DNA of 60,344 nt, counting the filler, from Sphacelaria rigidula (Eukaryota): NCBI GenBank assembly GCA_964200075.2. It is 4 parts of 4 records of this genome, joined end to end, with 100 filler letters (N's around TTAATTAATTAA, not from the genome) between each part and the next. Parts side by side here need not be neighbours in the genome. Positions count along the whole stretch, not along the records: positions 30,224 to 45,234 come from CAXNAA020001942.1; positions 45,335 to 60,344 come from CAXNAA020001943.1; 2 more parts are not named here. One strand, given 5' to 3'. The notes below the pieces were generated by a model. That model saw only the letters and a list, made by a program, of their open reading frames with translations. It did not search any database and was not told the origin of the DNA. Positions within the stretch are counted from its first letter, which is position 1. The number at the start of each line of letters is the position of its first letter. Positions 35,301-47,008 of this stretch are shown here, piece by piece. The translations under genes were made by a program, and so were the position numbers.

Positions 35301-38092
35301 CGCAACGGAAAGACCTTGGGGCCGAAGAAGCGGATGTGCAATCTTTCGAGTCGGACGTTGGTACTGCTATCTTGGACAATGAAGGTCTGTTTCGTGTGCA
35401 TGTGCGTGGCCGAAATGTTTTGTGGATTCCGAGTTCTGACAAGCAGGTGGAGGTACGTCTGATGATTTGCGCGCAAATGCGCGACGCGGGGCATCGTGAT
35501 GTGGCTGCGACGCTCGTGCGCTTGCAAGAGTTTTGTGTCTGGCAGGGGATAGAAACTCATGTGCGCGAATTTGTCCGCCAGTGCCTTTACTGTGCTGACT
35601 CGAGTGCGGGCGATGTTGTTCCCCGCCCGCTCGGCGAAATGATCCATGGATACACGCCGAAAGAAGTCGTTCATTTTGACTTTTCGTACGTGGCCGAGAG
35701 TGGCCCGCTAGCTCCCCAAGGTTTGTCGGAGGATGCAGGGTTTGGATGTATTTAGGAATCATGCATGATTTGAGCAGCTTCGTGGCTCTCGAACCAGTGG
35801 CAGTGTGTACTGCTGAATCGAGTGCTGCATCTTTGCTAGATTGGAGCAAACCTTTAGGGGTGCCGCGTGTGGGGGCGGCTGATACCGCCACGCATTTCAA
35901 GAATAAGATCTTGGCCCAAATGCGAGAGGTTTTGCACGCTGATCAACAGTTTGCGGTGGGGTATTCTCCGTGGTCTAACGGCACGTGCGAACGCATGGTC
36001 AAGGAAGCGCACGGTCAAGGAAGTAGTATGTGCTCTTTGTTCTTTTCTTCTCGAGCAGCGTAGAGCGGTTTTCGAGTGGGTGGACGTGTTGCCTGCGGTG
36101 CAATGGGCGCTTGATACAGCGTATCGTCGTCGTTACGATAGTACGCCGTACCACGTGATGTTTGGTCGTGCACGTGGACTGGTCCATGTAGAGTGGTTGG
36201 GGCTCACCACCCGCACAGGTTTGAGATCCAGAACATTGTTTCCGGTCGTGTTCAAACCGCCCATGTAGCTCGTTTGCGTTTTTATGCAGACTCGCAGCTG
36301 AATGTTACAGCTGACGTGAAGGACGTGTTCCAGTATGCTTCCAATCATGGTTGATTTCACATGGCTGGTATTGTCCGAGTGGTGGAAGCAGACAATCGTT
36401 CGTTGCTCGTGTTGGGCGACTGGGTTGGTTTCAAAGTTGAGAAACGTACGTGGGAGCCTTTCAAGGATATTTTGAGGCCGCTCCGGAATTTCTCACAAAG
36501 GAGTTGCGTAAATTGCGCGTGTCTCGTGCCATTGCCGCTCGCATTACGAGTGAGTTTGGTATTCAGTTGTGACTTACTCATCGTTTTGGCGTTTTTAATG
36601 TGTCAAGCTTGTTGATCGATTTTCGTCCACCGTGCTTTGCGGGTGCTGTGACAAAAATATGCCGTTGCGTTGAGTTGGTAGTGATAATTTGGATAATGAC
36701 CGGAGACACTAGGTTGATACCCTGGCGTGTCTAGGTGGGTGCCTTGGAAGGGCAATCCATGATAATGATATGTTGTGAAGGCTGACAACTGATACTGAAG
36801 CCAGCAAGACTGGGGAGTCCCTCAACAGCAGTGATCCATCAGTCCTTCTTCTGGCTGGCGTCACAGACTGCATGACGATCGCAACCTATAGCGTCATTGC
36901 GTAGCGGCCACCAACCGATATATTGGCGTCCCGTTTGCGAGGTGGGGGTGTGCTGGGGGGCGAGTCCATCGCTAGAATGGTGTAGTGGGCAGATAGGGTA
37001 CTAAATTTGAAAGCTTTCGAGATTTTTTCGATAATTCTCACCAACATTCTCAAAAGCATTCTCAAAACTATTCCCAAAATAGAGTTTATTTAAACCATTT
37101 TAGGTAAAGGAATAGAACCCTATTTGTTTTCTTCTCTGTCCAGCTTCGTCTTCGTTTCATCCTTCTGACGAACCCGACTATACTATCCTCACTGACGTGG
37201 TTGTACCGAGACAACGTATTGCCCATAGGTACCCTTACTTATGAGACAGAGGAAGTATAGTGGAAGGATCAGCCATGTTGACGGTGGCCCCGAATAGGTT
37301 TAGCAGTTGCCAAAAGAGGTTCTATTGCAGCCAAAACAGGAAATTGTGTCCAACTAAAGATGCGCCTGGGGAAAGAACATTGAATAAAAAATATCTTGCT
37401 TTTCAGCAGTTTATGGTGCAGAAAAGGTCGGGTGGGTTCACAGTAACTTTGCAGCTGTGCCGAGGTATCACTTGCGTTCTCTTCCATCGTTTTTCTTGCA
37501 GCAAATGTGTAGGAAAGGAAAACGCACTATGTGTTTTAGGTAACCTCGATAGAAACTGTGGTCACGTCCATGCCTTTGCTACGTGGCGAAAAGGAATGGA
37601 GGGCACTAAACTTTACACCGAACGAAAACGACGAGTTATACGTGTTCCTAGCTGCCCCGTTATTTGTATGAACACACACATGCGAGTAGCTTCTCCTTCA
37701 CAGCAAATGATAGAAAAGCGATTCTCGCACCGGAAATTGCGGTTTGATGGGCGTAATGTAGCGAAATAGCCGAGGTTGCATCGCATTTATCGCGTCGTTG
37801 CCTCATGAGCATCGCAACTACGGAGTACATATTGTTGGGCAGCAGCAGCAGTCTCTGCACTCGAGAGGCAGCTTTAGCCCAACCAGCGGATTATTCCTCA
37901 CTGACCAGCAGGATCAACCGCTCGTCGTGCACAGAAGAGCGTTAGCACACCTTTCTTACATACGCGACTGAAACCTTGTCCTTGACCTCGAAAGCAAACG
38001 TGACTGACTGCAGGAGAAAGTCTGAGATATCATCCCAACGAGAGGAGCACGACGGGCGGCTGGAACATCTTCACGAGGAAGTGAAGCGTAAG
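32395..38092 (+). CDS. Candidate internal exons of a coiled-coil protein gene or pseudogene (32395-32483 and 38014-38092), partial
   Basis: Both segments are bounded by CAG|...|GTGA, phases are compatible (2->2), and the joined peptide ELMSETRLRRAELEQKMEGKHREAAEMQARRKSEISSQREEHDGRLEHLHEEVKRK is charged and helical. No start, stop or family recognised. Confidence 0.4.
32785..36865 (+). mobile_element. Degenerate, internally deleted Ty3/gypsy LTR retrotransposon with a chromodomain-like remnant; LTRs 32785-33003 and 36647-36865
   Basis: Two 219-bp LTRs (TGTGAC...G[G/T]CACA, ~25 substitutions by eye) with flanks AACT/GACT. Internal remnants in gypsy order: Gag knuckle CHCCGQVGHYARDRP, protease LDSGA, RT N-terminus (RRYDP...WSSP) with the RT core missing, RNase H fragment, integrase GH..C..C / VVHFDF / YSPWSNGTCERMVKE, then WVGF...TWEP. 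Several frameshifts and stops. Confidence 0.9.
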
Positions 38093-38840
38093 GTGAGGAC
38101 GCCACTACTAACGATTCAGTTACTGCTACACGACAAATGGGTGTCCAACGGTATGTGTGGACTGGAACTTCATACAGTATACCACCTTCTACTCCACCTT
38201 TACGGGATAAAGGGTTAAGTGCGAAAGTAATGAAACGAAGCAGGGGTCAACTCATAGTTCTGCCCTCCCGACGTGACTTAGGGCATACACGAGCTTGTGA
38301 GCACCCACACTAGTGTAGCACATCGTTGACTTTTACCAATCTGTTACCATCTGAAACTACAGTAACAGATTTGCCAGGTAGCCTACAAGGATTATCCAGA
38401 CACCCAAGAAGTTGGACAAGTAATTTCGAACCCATGCATATTGAACTCACATACATACTCCGAACGAACTGAGCCCAAGCGCTGCACGTGTCGACATCAT
38501 GTGTGCATTCCACCTGTATCTACATTATTATATCTCCTACGGCAAGGATACGCGGAGAGAAATTGCTGCTCTGGGGGTGTAATTATATACAGTACAGCAA
38601 GGTGGAGCCGCATTTTCTCTACTAACACCCCAAATACATTACCTGCAAATGACCCGGAAATTCTGTCTCTTTTCAAGTCTCAGGCGATGATAGTAACCAA
38701 AGGGTGTTGTTACCGTTCATTGAATATTGCCACCATGCAGAAACCAAGCGGGTTGGGTAGGAAGAGCGCTGTATGAACTGCAACGCTCAAAGATAGAAAC
38801 GGGTTTGCCCGTGCCCCTCAGTGCCCCGACCGCCCCCGTA

Positions 38841-39145
38841 TGGCGAGACATCACTGAGGCAGTGCGTAACCCGTGGCTGTCTCAGACTTGGCGATACCAG
38901 CAAATGAAGCAACTTGTCTTGTGCTGTCATTCATCCATGTGCAATATGAGCAGTAGGCTTCGGGGAGAACAATCTTAGGAGGATGAAGCCCACCCTTTAT
39001 GCGACTCGCCGAACATATCACGGCGCTGCGCGCTTGGCAATTGCGAGTCTGGTCCGGCGATAACCTGGAGTGCTCCGTCCCGGCTTCATAGGGACGCGAG
39101 GTCAATGTTCTAATAAATACGACATGCAAGATCATGAGCACACCC
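38841..39145 (+). repeat. R1 repeat, copy
   Basis: Full-length homology with 10215-10521. Confidence 0.88.
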
Positions 39146-40537
39146 TTCCTCTCCACCCGTTCGAGACCGCCAAACGTCAACTTAAGACGCTTAGATATCT
39201 CAACCGTGTCAACGCGTATAGTGAAACTGTCGAAACGTTCTTGCCTATGTATGTTCATGAACTTCTGACTAAGTATTGTTCCCTCACTATCATCATAAGG
39301 TGAAACGAACGAAAATACAAGGAAGTGGTGTGACGTGAACAGAATTCTCCTTGAGAACCTGACAACAGTGTCGCCCTCTTATCCTGAGTTTGCAACTTAG
39401 GTACAGGCTCGGAATAGCTTTCTTGTTATTATTTGGAGGATAAAGTAGGCCCTTAGTTCAATAGTGAGACACAGGGACATAACATATCTCCACGACCGAA
39501 CGCTGTACTCACTAACGGTGTCTGTGCGCAGACTCTCGAAACACCATGTTCGGTACGGAATGTCAGATGCAGGGACTGTCGTGCAAACAGCCCTTGTGGG
39601 CTGTGTGTGAATCATGACGTTCACGATATTTGTATGCTTTTAGAAGCGTTTCTTTGAAACTGCCGGAAGAGCTACGATATGCTCAAATCTAATGAAACAC
39701 TCCAAGTCTTCTTTACCTGCGCCAGCTGTAGTGAGGCTACTCACAGGCCATACTACCCTTCTTCACTCACTCTCCTACTACCAGTGTTGGAGATCAGTAT
39801 CGAGTTGACGAAAAGATCGCGATTCAAATCGGCGATTTGGAACTCAAAGATCGCCGACGAAAATCGCGACCTTACAATCAGCAATTCGATACTAGTCTCC
39901 AACACTGGTGTAGAGGCGAGTGCTTCTCTTATCGGCGTTTTTTTGTGGGGGTATGGCAGCGTATAATTGGGGTCAGGATAGCCGTGCAGAAGTACAGTGA
40001 CAACGAACAACAAACTTGCTGTCACGGGTGTGTTGGTTTTTATTCTTTTTACTTCGTCACTTTTTTCAGGATTTCGCGAAGGCAAGTAGCTATCCTACGG
40101 AAGGCGGGTAGGATAACGGATATAGTCCCCTGTGTTGTTTTCTGCCGCTTCATTTTTCGAACAATATAAAACAGTTTTTTCGTGAGATTGAAAGGAGGGG
40201 ATACGAGTGAGAGTGACAATCGGTCAATAAATAAATCTATGGCTTCAGTTCCGAAATGACCCTCCACGAGGCCCGATATGCTTTCTGTAGTAGCTTGCAC
40301 ACGTGGACAAATAGCACCCTGTAGGACGAGCTGCACAGGGTTCTCCACAGTCTTTGTGAAAACCCCTGTGCAGCATTTGCAAACCCTAGTACCTGTGATA
40401 GCATTTTGCACAGCGTTTTTGTTGAAACCCTGCAAGCAACCCTGTGGAGAGGCCTTCCCAATTTTGAAAATCCCAAATTATTTCGGTATAAAATCTGTAT
40501 TTTGTTTTTATATAGCTTTTCCTGCCGTCCGAGGTAA

Positions 40538-40740
40538 ATCCTCTTTTTGCCCGATTCAAATCGGGCGTAAACGAATTTATCTCGGACAGCAGGAGAAGCT
40601 ATTCGAAACAGATCCTTTTTTCGCCCAATTTATTTGGGCAAAAAAATTATTTATTTCGAACAGCAGAAGAACCTATTAAAACTAGATCCTGTTTTCACCC
40701 ATTTAAATTGGGCGAAAAAATTACCTGTTTCGAACAGCTT
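40538..40740. repeat. ~73-bp tandem repeat (about 3 units), each with an internal palindrome
   Basis: TTTTTCGCCCAATTTATTTGGGCAAAAAA...CGAACAGCAGAAGAA.CTATT..AAC..GATCCT repeats; partial units continue to ~40870. Confidence 0.7.
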
Positions 40741-41413
40741 TTTCTTCTGCGCAAATCCCACCCACACTGGCAGATTTGGAATTTGAACAGCAGAAGAAGC
40801 TCGAAATAACTCTTCACTTTGCCCTCCAATTCATCCGGAAATTTGGCAAAAAGATATTTATTGCGAACAGCGTCAGCTGGGCATATCCCGCGTACGGCAC
40901 GGTTATCAGCGTATGGGATCCGACTCGCAGAAAAAATCGTGAAAGTAATTCATCCTTTTGCCCCCCAGTCCATGTATACATGGGCTAAAGGATGAAGAAT
41001 TCTCAACCGATTTTGCTGAGTAGAGATCCAACACACTGATTACGAGTGTACGTCCACACGCCTACGAGCTTAGAGACGACGCTTCGGCTCAAGGCGTGGA
41101 TGCTGGAATGACGGTATACACCTCGAATATGAGTCCATATAGCTTATGAAAGCCCCGTGGTCCGCAGTCTACCAAAATCACTCAATCGAGGATGCTCTTG
41201 TTTATGGAGGATTTTGCTTGATAGTTATTAGAAGCACAAAATATTGACCCTGTCAACAACAAATCAGATAGCTCAATGTGCAACCCGTCGCACTCCCGAG
41301 CACGAAATCGTGAGTCCAATTTTTACCACACAGCGATTTCTCGACCGTTTTTTTCAGCCAGTACTATGCTCATGTTGTATGGAGTATATTGTATCTGCGC
41401 TATAAGGGCTGTA

Positions 41414-41809
41414 AACACGGAATCTTACAAATTGGGGATGGATCATTTATTGGGGATGGGAAACCCGGAAAATTAGCAGCTTCGTCTCAACGTCAAATCT
41501 TCGAAACATGGTTCCATTTCTTCAACTACTGATAGCTATTGACAACTGTTACACGCCATAGGAATCTGGATTTCTATTAGCGTCCGTTCGGACAGCCGAA
41601 ATTCCCCAAAATTGTTTTTTCACCTAGGACCCCAACATTTCGGTGATCGAAATCCAAATTCCTGTGGCGTGTAGCAGTTGTCAACAACTGCCAGTAGTTG
41701 AGGAAATTGAACCATATTTCGAAGATTTGACCTTGAGATGAAGATTTTAATTTTCCTTGTATCTCATCCCCAGTACAAGATTCATCCCCAATTTGTAAGA
41801 TCGCGTGTT
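41414..41809. mobile_element. Foldback MITE with a TA target duplication (Tc1/mariner, Stowaway-like)
   Basis: TA|AACACGGAATCTTACAAATTGGGGATG ... CATCCCCAATTTGTAAGATCGCGTGTT|TA; homologous copy at ~8905-9304. Confidence 0.75.
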
Positions 41810-41851
41810 TATACAGCATATTGACGACAATGAACAGTACTCGGGGTGACG

Positions 41852-42020
41852 AAACCCTGTGAAGCGTACTGTGCGGCGCGAAAAAAAAACTACAGCCAAA
41901 TCCCCGCGACAAACACTGCACAGTTTCCTTGATACCCCGTAAAGCGTACTGTGTGGCGCAAAAAAACACCCTACAGCTAAATCCCCGCGACAAACACTGC
42001 ACAGTTTCCCTGAACCCTGT
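41852..42020 (+). repeat. ~80-bp tandem duplication
   Basis: AAGCGTACTGTG.GGCGC.AAAAAA..CTACAGC.AAATCCCCGCGACAAACACTGCACAGTTTCC occurs twice. Confidence 0.85.
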
Positions 42021-42837
42021 AGACGTGCCCCACAGGGTGCTATCTGTCCACGTGGGTGCCACTGAAGCCCTCAATACCCCTGAGTAGGATATGGAAGTGT
42101 AGCTGTAAGCATACGCGAGTGTTAGATGCAAAAAAAAGTACACACGGAATAAAAATTTGGTCAAGGTGAAGCGAATGATAGAACCCAATCTCAATCAACG
42201 CTCTTTTGCTCTCAATCTCACGAAGTAGTAGTTATAAGTGGTTTGTGACGTCTAGCGGGGAATTTTCTGTTGTAGTAAGCACGCAATGCATTATGAATTC
42301 GCAACCAGCTTCATATTTTTTGTTGTTGACCTGCTTGTTGGCGTATTTGGTTTGGCATCATTTGAAGGGTTTCTGTCGCAAGCACGCAGTATATGTGCGC
42401 ATGGTGTCAAGGTAGGCGTTGGTCGATGGGAACAGACAAATCAGTGGTCGTCTTCATCAGCTCGTATCAATGCGGACACAGCGTAAAACCTACTCATCTC
42501 GCCCTGCTTTGATCAACCTGTTAGACCATTAGTATGTCATGAAGCAGGCAAAGAAACTGCCGTGTATGTCTATTGCTGAAGTGCTCTCCTGTGGTATATG
42601 TTCATTGTATACCGGACCCTGCGTTCCGCTATCTACTTCCTACTGCACTGCTGTTTCTTGTGTTCATCTCTCACATCCATACTCTGACCGCTACAAAAGC
42701 AACGGAAGAACGAATCGAGATCGAGTGTCGTCCGTAACCCCATTCTTGGAACATCGACAAAAATACCGGTATCCTCTTGTTTTTGTCGATTTTTCACACT
42801 ATCGATCGAACCAGATCTCGTTTCGATCTCAACAATG

Positions 42838-43138
42838 TTTTTTTTTGTCACATGGTGAACCTCTTTCCTTTCTCGGGATGAGTCCGTGGTCTCAAGGGAT
42901 TAAACCGTCTCTCCCCGGTACGCGTCTTGCACTGTGGTCTCACGGATTGCGTCAGCACTCCCACACCGCGTCATATCTCGTCAAATAAACTCAGTCAACT
43001 ACTTTGTGTTTACTCACGTACTCACGCTTTCGGCCATGGAATCAGATACCTAAAAAGGAAAACCCAACGCATCGGGAATCGAACCCACGTTCTCTCTGCC
43101 CTAGTGGCGACAGTCGAACGATTACACCATGGGGGCGC
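42838..43138 (-). mobile_element. tRNA-derived SINE, family B copy 1
   Basis: Head GCGCCCCCATGGTGTAATCG (box A)...GGGTTCGATTCCC (box B), no intact cloverleaf. The body is homologous to 44275-44470, and the element ends in an A-run. Confidence 0.7.
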
Positions 43139-44274
43139 AGCGGCTACCACAGATATCCTTGTGAAGTGCAGATCCCAGAGGTCCGAATGTAGAGTGACTA
43201 TAACGTACAGCACATTTTGACGACGCTTACGGTCGAGGATGATCGAAAGCCGCGGAGAGTGAGGAGAGGGGGGTGCGCGACGAGCACGCCCGACCCCTGT
43301 CGGGCTCCAGCATGTCCCCCGCGGGTTATGCCCCGTAGACATGTCTTGCAGTCAAACTCCAAACCGCCTGAACAAGCTCCATAGCCCTTTTCCGCTATCG
43401 AATCCTACGGAAAAACTATGGTCTCAATCCATGAGCATGCACACATGTGGAGCCTGACCCGAACACTGACACGAAGAGTTTGAACCTCTATCGCAGAAAC
43501 AGCCGCGTACATAAACCTGTGCGCAAGACTTAAGTGATGCATTACCATACACAACGTCGAATGGATTACTTCGATCAAAAGGATGACAACTGAAACACGT
43601 ACTTGAACTAGGCCACAACAGAGCGCACTATGCACGACCCGTTGACACTATTCGATGACAAACCGTTCGGTCTTTTCTGCGAAATCTGATGTCTGTCCCA
43701 CTTGATTGCACTGTCTGCCTTTTATCCAATCTATTTCGGCTTCCTTGCACTCTTTGCTGCTGCATGGCATAAGCAGCAACGTGGTTGTATCTATGCAGCT
43801 GTTCGCTGAGGTCTCGTCGCTGATTACTTACGACCTTACCCGCATACATCACTTCTATATAACATGACACGGGGGCGCATGTCACCCAAATATTACTCAA
43901 TGAAACAGGTGATCCTGAAGAATGGGAATCTTCCTCCGGGAATGAAAAGAGGTCGCAATTGTATATGATATTACACGTAGTACCCGACGAAGTGAAATTC
44001 CGTCCTCAGTTCATTCCCATAGAATGCTCTCCTTCCCATTCTTTGGATCGCCCGTTAAAAACCCGAGAGGTTACATCGTATTTCGTTAAATACTTACTCG
44101 CGAAGGGTAAATGCCCTCTGTACAAAACCGTGTGACAGGTCGGGCCACACAGTGGTATCAGAACACTAAACGGAAGCAGTGTTTCGAAGTAACGCCGAAG
44201 ATTACGGCATTGCATTTTTTGTAGGCGTGCCCCTACAAAATACTCGCAGTTGCCCGAAATTGGCGGGTCGAAGT

Positions 44275-45040
44275 CCGCTTCCTCGAGACGAGTTCGTCGT
44301 CTGCAGGAACCAACCTATCTCTTCCCAAGTACACGTGTTCCAATTTGGTATCGTGAATTGAACCATGACCAACACTCCCGCCCCGCGTCGACGCTCACCA
44401 AAACATTTTTTTCCTCTACTGTACGCACATTCTCACGTTTTCAACGTCGGAAGCCAGACGCTTTTTTGGAGAAAAAAAGCGTCTGCCGATGATCGAACTC
44501 GGGATTTTCCGATCTAAGACCGGATGTTATGGCAAACAGATTTTTGGCCCACGGATTGTTCACTTTTGGGACATTTGAGCCACGTTTTGATCCCTAAACA
44601 GGAAAATCGCCAACACACGTCTCGGACACTTTGCATCATCCCACAGAGAGAGGCCTAGCCCACTTTGCAGATTCGCTTGGCTCCGAGGTTTCGAGATTGG
44701 CCGCTGAACAATAATCCGTGTGCAAAAATCTGTGCCTGCCGACCCCCGTTAGTTTGCCCAATATTCTTTGGAGATCGCCGTAGATTTTATTGCACACGAA
44801 TTTTTGTCGAGCGACCACTCTCGAAACCTTGGAACCAAGCAAATCTGAAAAGTGGGCTAGGCTCCTCCCGGTGGGGTGATGCGAAGTGTCCAAGACGTGC
44901 GTTTGCGATTTTCCCTGTTTGGGAGTCAAACAGTGGCTCAAACGTCCCAAAAGTGAACAATCTGTGAGCCAAAATCTGTGTGCCATAACATCCGCCCTAA
45001 GGGCTTAAGATCAAATGTATCGTTCGACCACGGGGACGCG
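44275..45040 (-). mobile_element. tRNA-derived SINE, family B copy 2, with its head split by a MITE
   Basis: Removing 44518-45000 restores GCGTCCCCGTGGTCGAACG...GATCTTAAGCCCTTAGATC...CCGAGTTCGATC. The body (GAAAACGTGAGAATGTG...GACGCGGGGCGGGAGTGTTG...AGACGACGAACTCGTCTCGAGGAAG) aligns with copy 1. Confidence 0.65.
44518..44997. mobile_element. PIF/Harbinger (Tourist-like) MITE, 480 bp, ~175-bp TIRs, TAA target duplication
   Basis: TAA|GACCGGATGTTATGGCA ... TGCCATAACATCCGCCC|TAA with long inverted arms. Confidence 0.85.
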
Positions 45041-45052
45041 ACTGCTACAAAA

Positions 45053-45124
45053 TGGAGGTATGGGGATTTGAACCCCAGACATTTTGCATGCGAAGCGAAC
45101 ACTCTACCCCTGAGCTATACCCCA
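45053..45124 (-). tRNA. trnA-CGC: tRNA-Ala(CGC), probably a pseudogene or degenerate copy
   Basis: TGGGGTA TA GCTC AGGGGTA GAGT G TTCGC TTCGCAT GCAAA ATGTC TGGGG TTCAAAT CCCCA TACCTCC A, followed by TTTT. The G3:U70 Ala identity pair is present. There are mismatches at the 1:72 pair (T/C) and in the anticodon stem (C/A). Confidence 0.8.
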
Positions 45125-45234
45125 ATAGCTGCCGACTCAGCTAACACGTGTACTTACCATATAACAGCCGATTTTATATTTTGGGGTTCAAACAAAATAT
45201 GGGGCTGAAGTGGCATATCTGTCTTGCACGAAAG

Positions 45235-45334
45235 NNNNNNNNNNNNNNNNNNNNNNNNNNNNNNNNNNNNNNNNNNNNTTAATTAATTAANNNNNNNNNN
45301 NNNNNNNNNNNNNNNNNNNNNNNNNNNNNNNNNN
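45235..45334. other. Artificial contig-joining linker
   Basis: 44N-TTAATTAATTAA-44N. Confidence 0.97.
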
Positions 45335-45396
45335 GGGATGCGAGGTCAATGGTCTTATGACTATGGCAAGCATGATCATGAGTACACCCCCCCCCC
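45335..45396 (+). repeat. R1 repeat, 3' fragment at the contig start
   Basis: The R1 3' hairpin segment plus a C-run. Confidence 0.85.
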
Positions 45397-46252
45397 TATC
45401 GTAGGATGACTCGGGTGGTCAGAGTCTATACATTACATTTTACGTGTTCATGTTTTGTGTGGTGTGCTTCAATGAAGACGTTTTTTGGACCTGCGATCGA
45501 CCAGACTGGCAGCTTAAATGACTAATTTCAGTACATATACGTATTTCAGACCCGCGGTCGATGGTAGCAGAGTCTTCGCCAAAAATATCACAGCAGGCCA
45601 GCATTAAGACCAGTGTTCCCACCCCTACGATGAAAAATTATGCTCGAAAATGCCACCTGCTTAAACGCTATGCTATTCATGCTACCAAGGTGGATTTATG
45701 CCAGAAATTATGCTAGCATAATAAGGAGAAGCCTAGTACTACTACACATGAACTAATGATCCGCTACGAATATCGAGCCGCGTTTGCAGGACGGACGTCA
45801 TGAAGGTAGGAACGCATGATGACTGGCTGTGCTAAGAAGAGAGACAAGAACTTACACAAAAACGCTCGAATAGAGGAACGCTGCATAAAAACAGGAAAAT
45901 AACAACAACAATAATAACAACAGAAGAAGAGAGGAGAAAACAAGGCAAAACCAAATATTGTAAATGAACAACACAACTGCAGAACAGCAGTAGCGCGACC
46001 ACATTTTTCAACGAGGTCACAAGCTCGTTTCACCCTCCGCACCTCTTGGAAGTCACAAAGTCTCTGATTTCCTCGTATTTTTCATTTTGCGACTATTGTA
46101 GTTATGCCAATAAGCAAAAATATCACACCCTGGACAAAAGATTATGCTGTCAAAAAAATTATTGCGCACAGTATGAAATCTGTTGTCTGATGCAATCGGT
46201 CGATACTGTACAGGCTGGGCCAGCCTACAAGCGGATTTGGACTTTGCACGCG

Positions 46253-46529
46253 AATTCGCTATTTTTTTCTTGGAGATGAAAAGTGAAATTTGGTATGGAC
46301 AATCAACAGGGCATGAAGAAAGGCTGTCTGTGAGGTCCTCACGATTTTTGTTTTTCGTGATTCAAGGGCATTTTACCAAAACCTCAAACCTCAAAACTCA
46401 AAACTGATTTTTGCCCTTAACTCACGAAAAACAAAATTCGCTGGGACCTCACAGACAGCTTTTCTTCATGCCTTGTTGATTGTCCATACCAAATCTCACT
46501 TTCCAACTCCAAGAAAAAAAATGCGAAAT
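46253..46529. mobile_element. Foldback palindrome/MITE with ~120-bp arms
   Basis: TTTTTTCTTGGAG..GAAAGTGA.ATTTGGTATGGACAATCAACA.GGCATGAAGAAA.GCTGTCTGTGAGGTCC...AAGGGCA is inverted at 46412-46529. Confidence 0.8.
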
Positions 46530-46549
46530 TACAATTGAAAAACCAAGGC

Positions 46550-47008
46550 GGCTGAAATTCGAAACAGTATTTTGCAGGCCGTTTATCGGCCCACGTTTGG
46601 TGGTTGTGGGTTGAAACTTTGTGCGGGACCTTGCTAGGTCGTGATGAACCAAGAAAAATGGGTGATGTTGGGTTTTATTACTTTTTTTCACTGATTGAGG
46701 GCGTTTTAGTATGGTAACGATGATTTTTTTACGAGAACGCCCGAACCTCCCATGAAAAAACAAACAAAATCAAGGCCCATTTTTTTTTACTCAGCATACC
46801 TCTGTCGTTCTCCATGCCAAGTTTCAAATCACAATTCTAAAAGTTGGGCTGAGAAATTGAGTTAAGGCCCAAGAGCAATATTCATTTCTCCTCAAAACCT
46901 TCCTAAAAACACGAAAAAAGATGAGAAAAAAAGGAGGAAAACCCGGAAAAGCTGTGTTCTTTGCTTCATTATGCGCTAGCGGTTCTCCACACCAAATTTC
47001 ATAGCACA
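46550..47008 (+). repeat. Dispersed repeat family R3, copy 2
   Basis: Homologous to 28340-28955. Confidence 0.75.

Larger units (their letters stand above)
40177..42224. mobile_element. ~2-kb non-autonomous TIR element (long version of the MITE at 9490-9772) with nested insertions and tandem repeats
   Basis: Ends TTCGTGAGATTGA...TCAATCTCACGAA. 40177-40300 is the reverse complement of ~9650-9772, and 42060-42224 of ~9490-9650. Confidence 0.7.
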
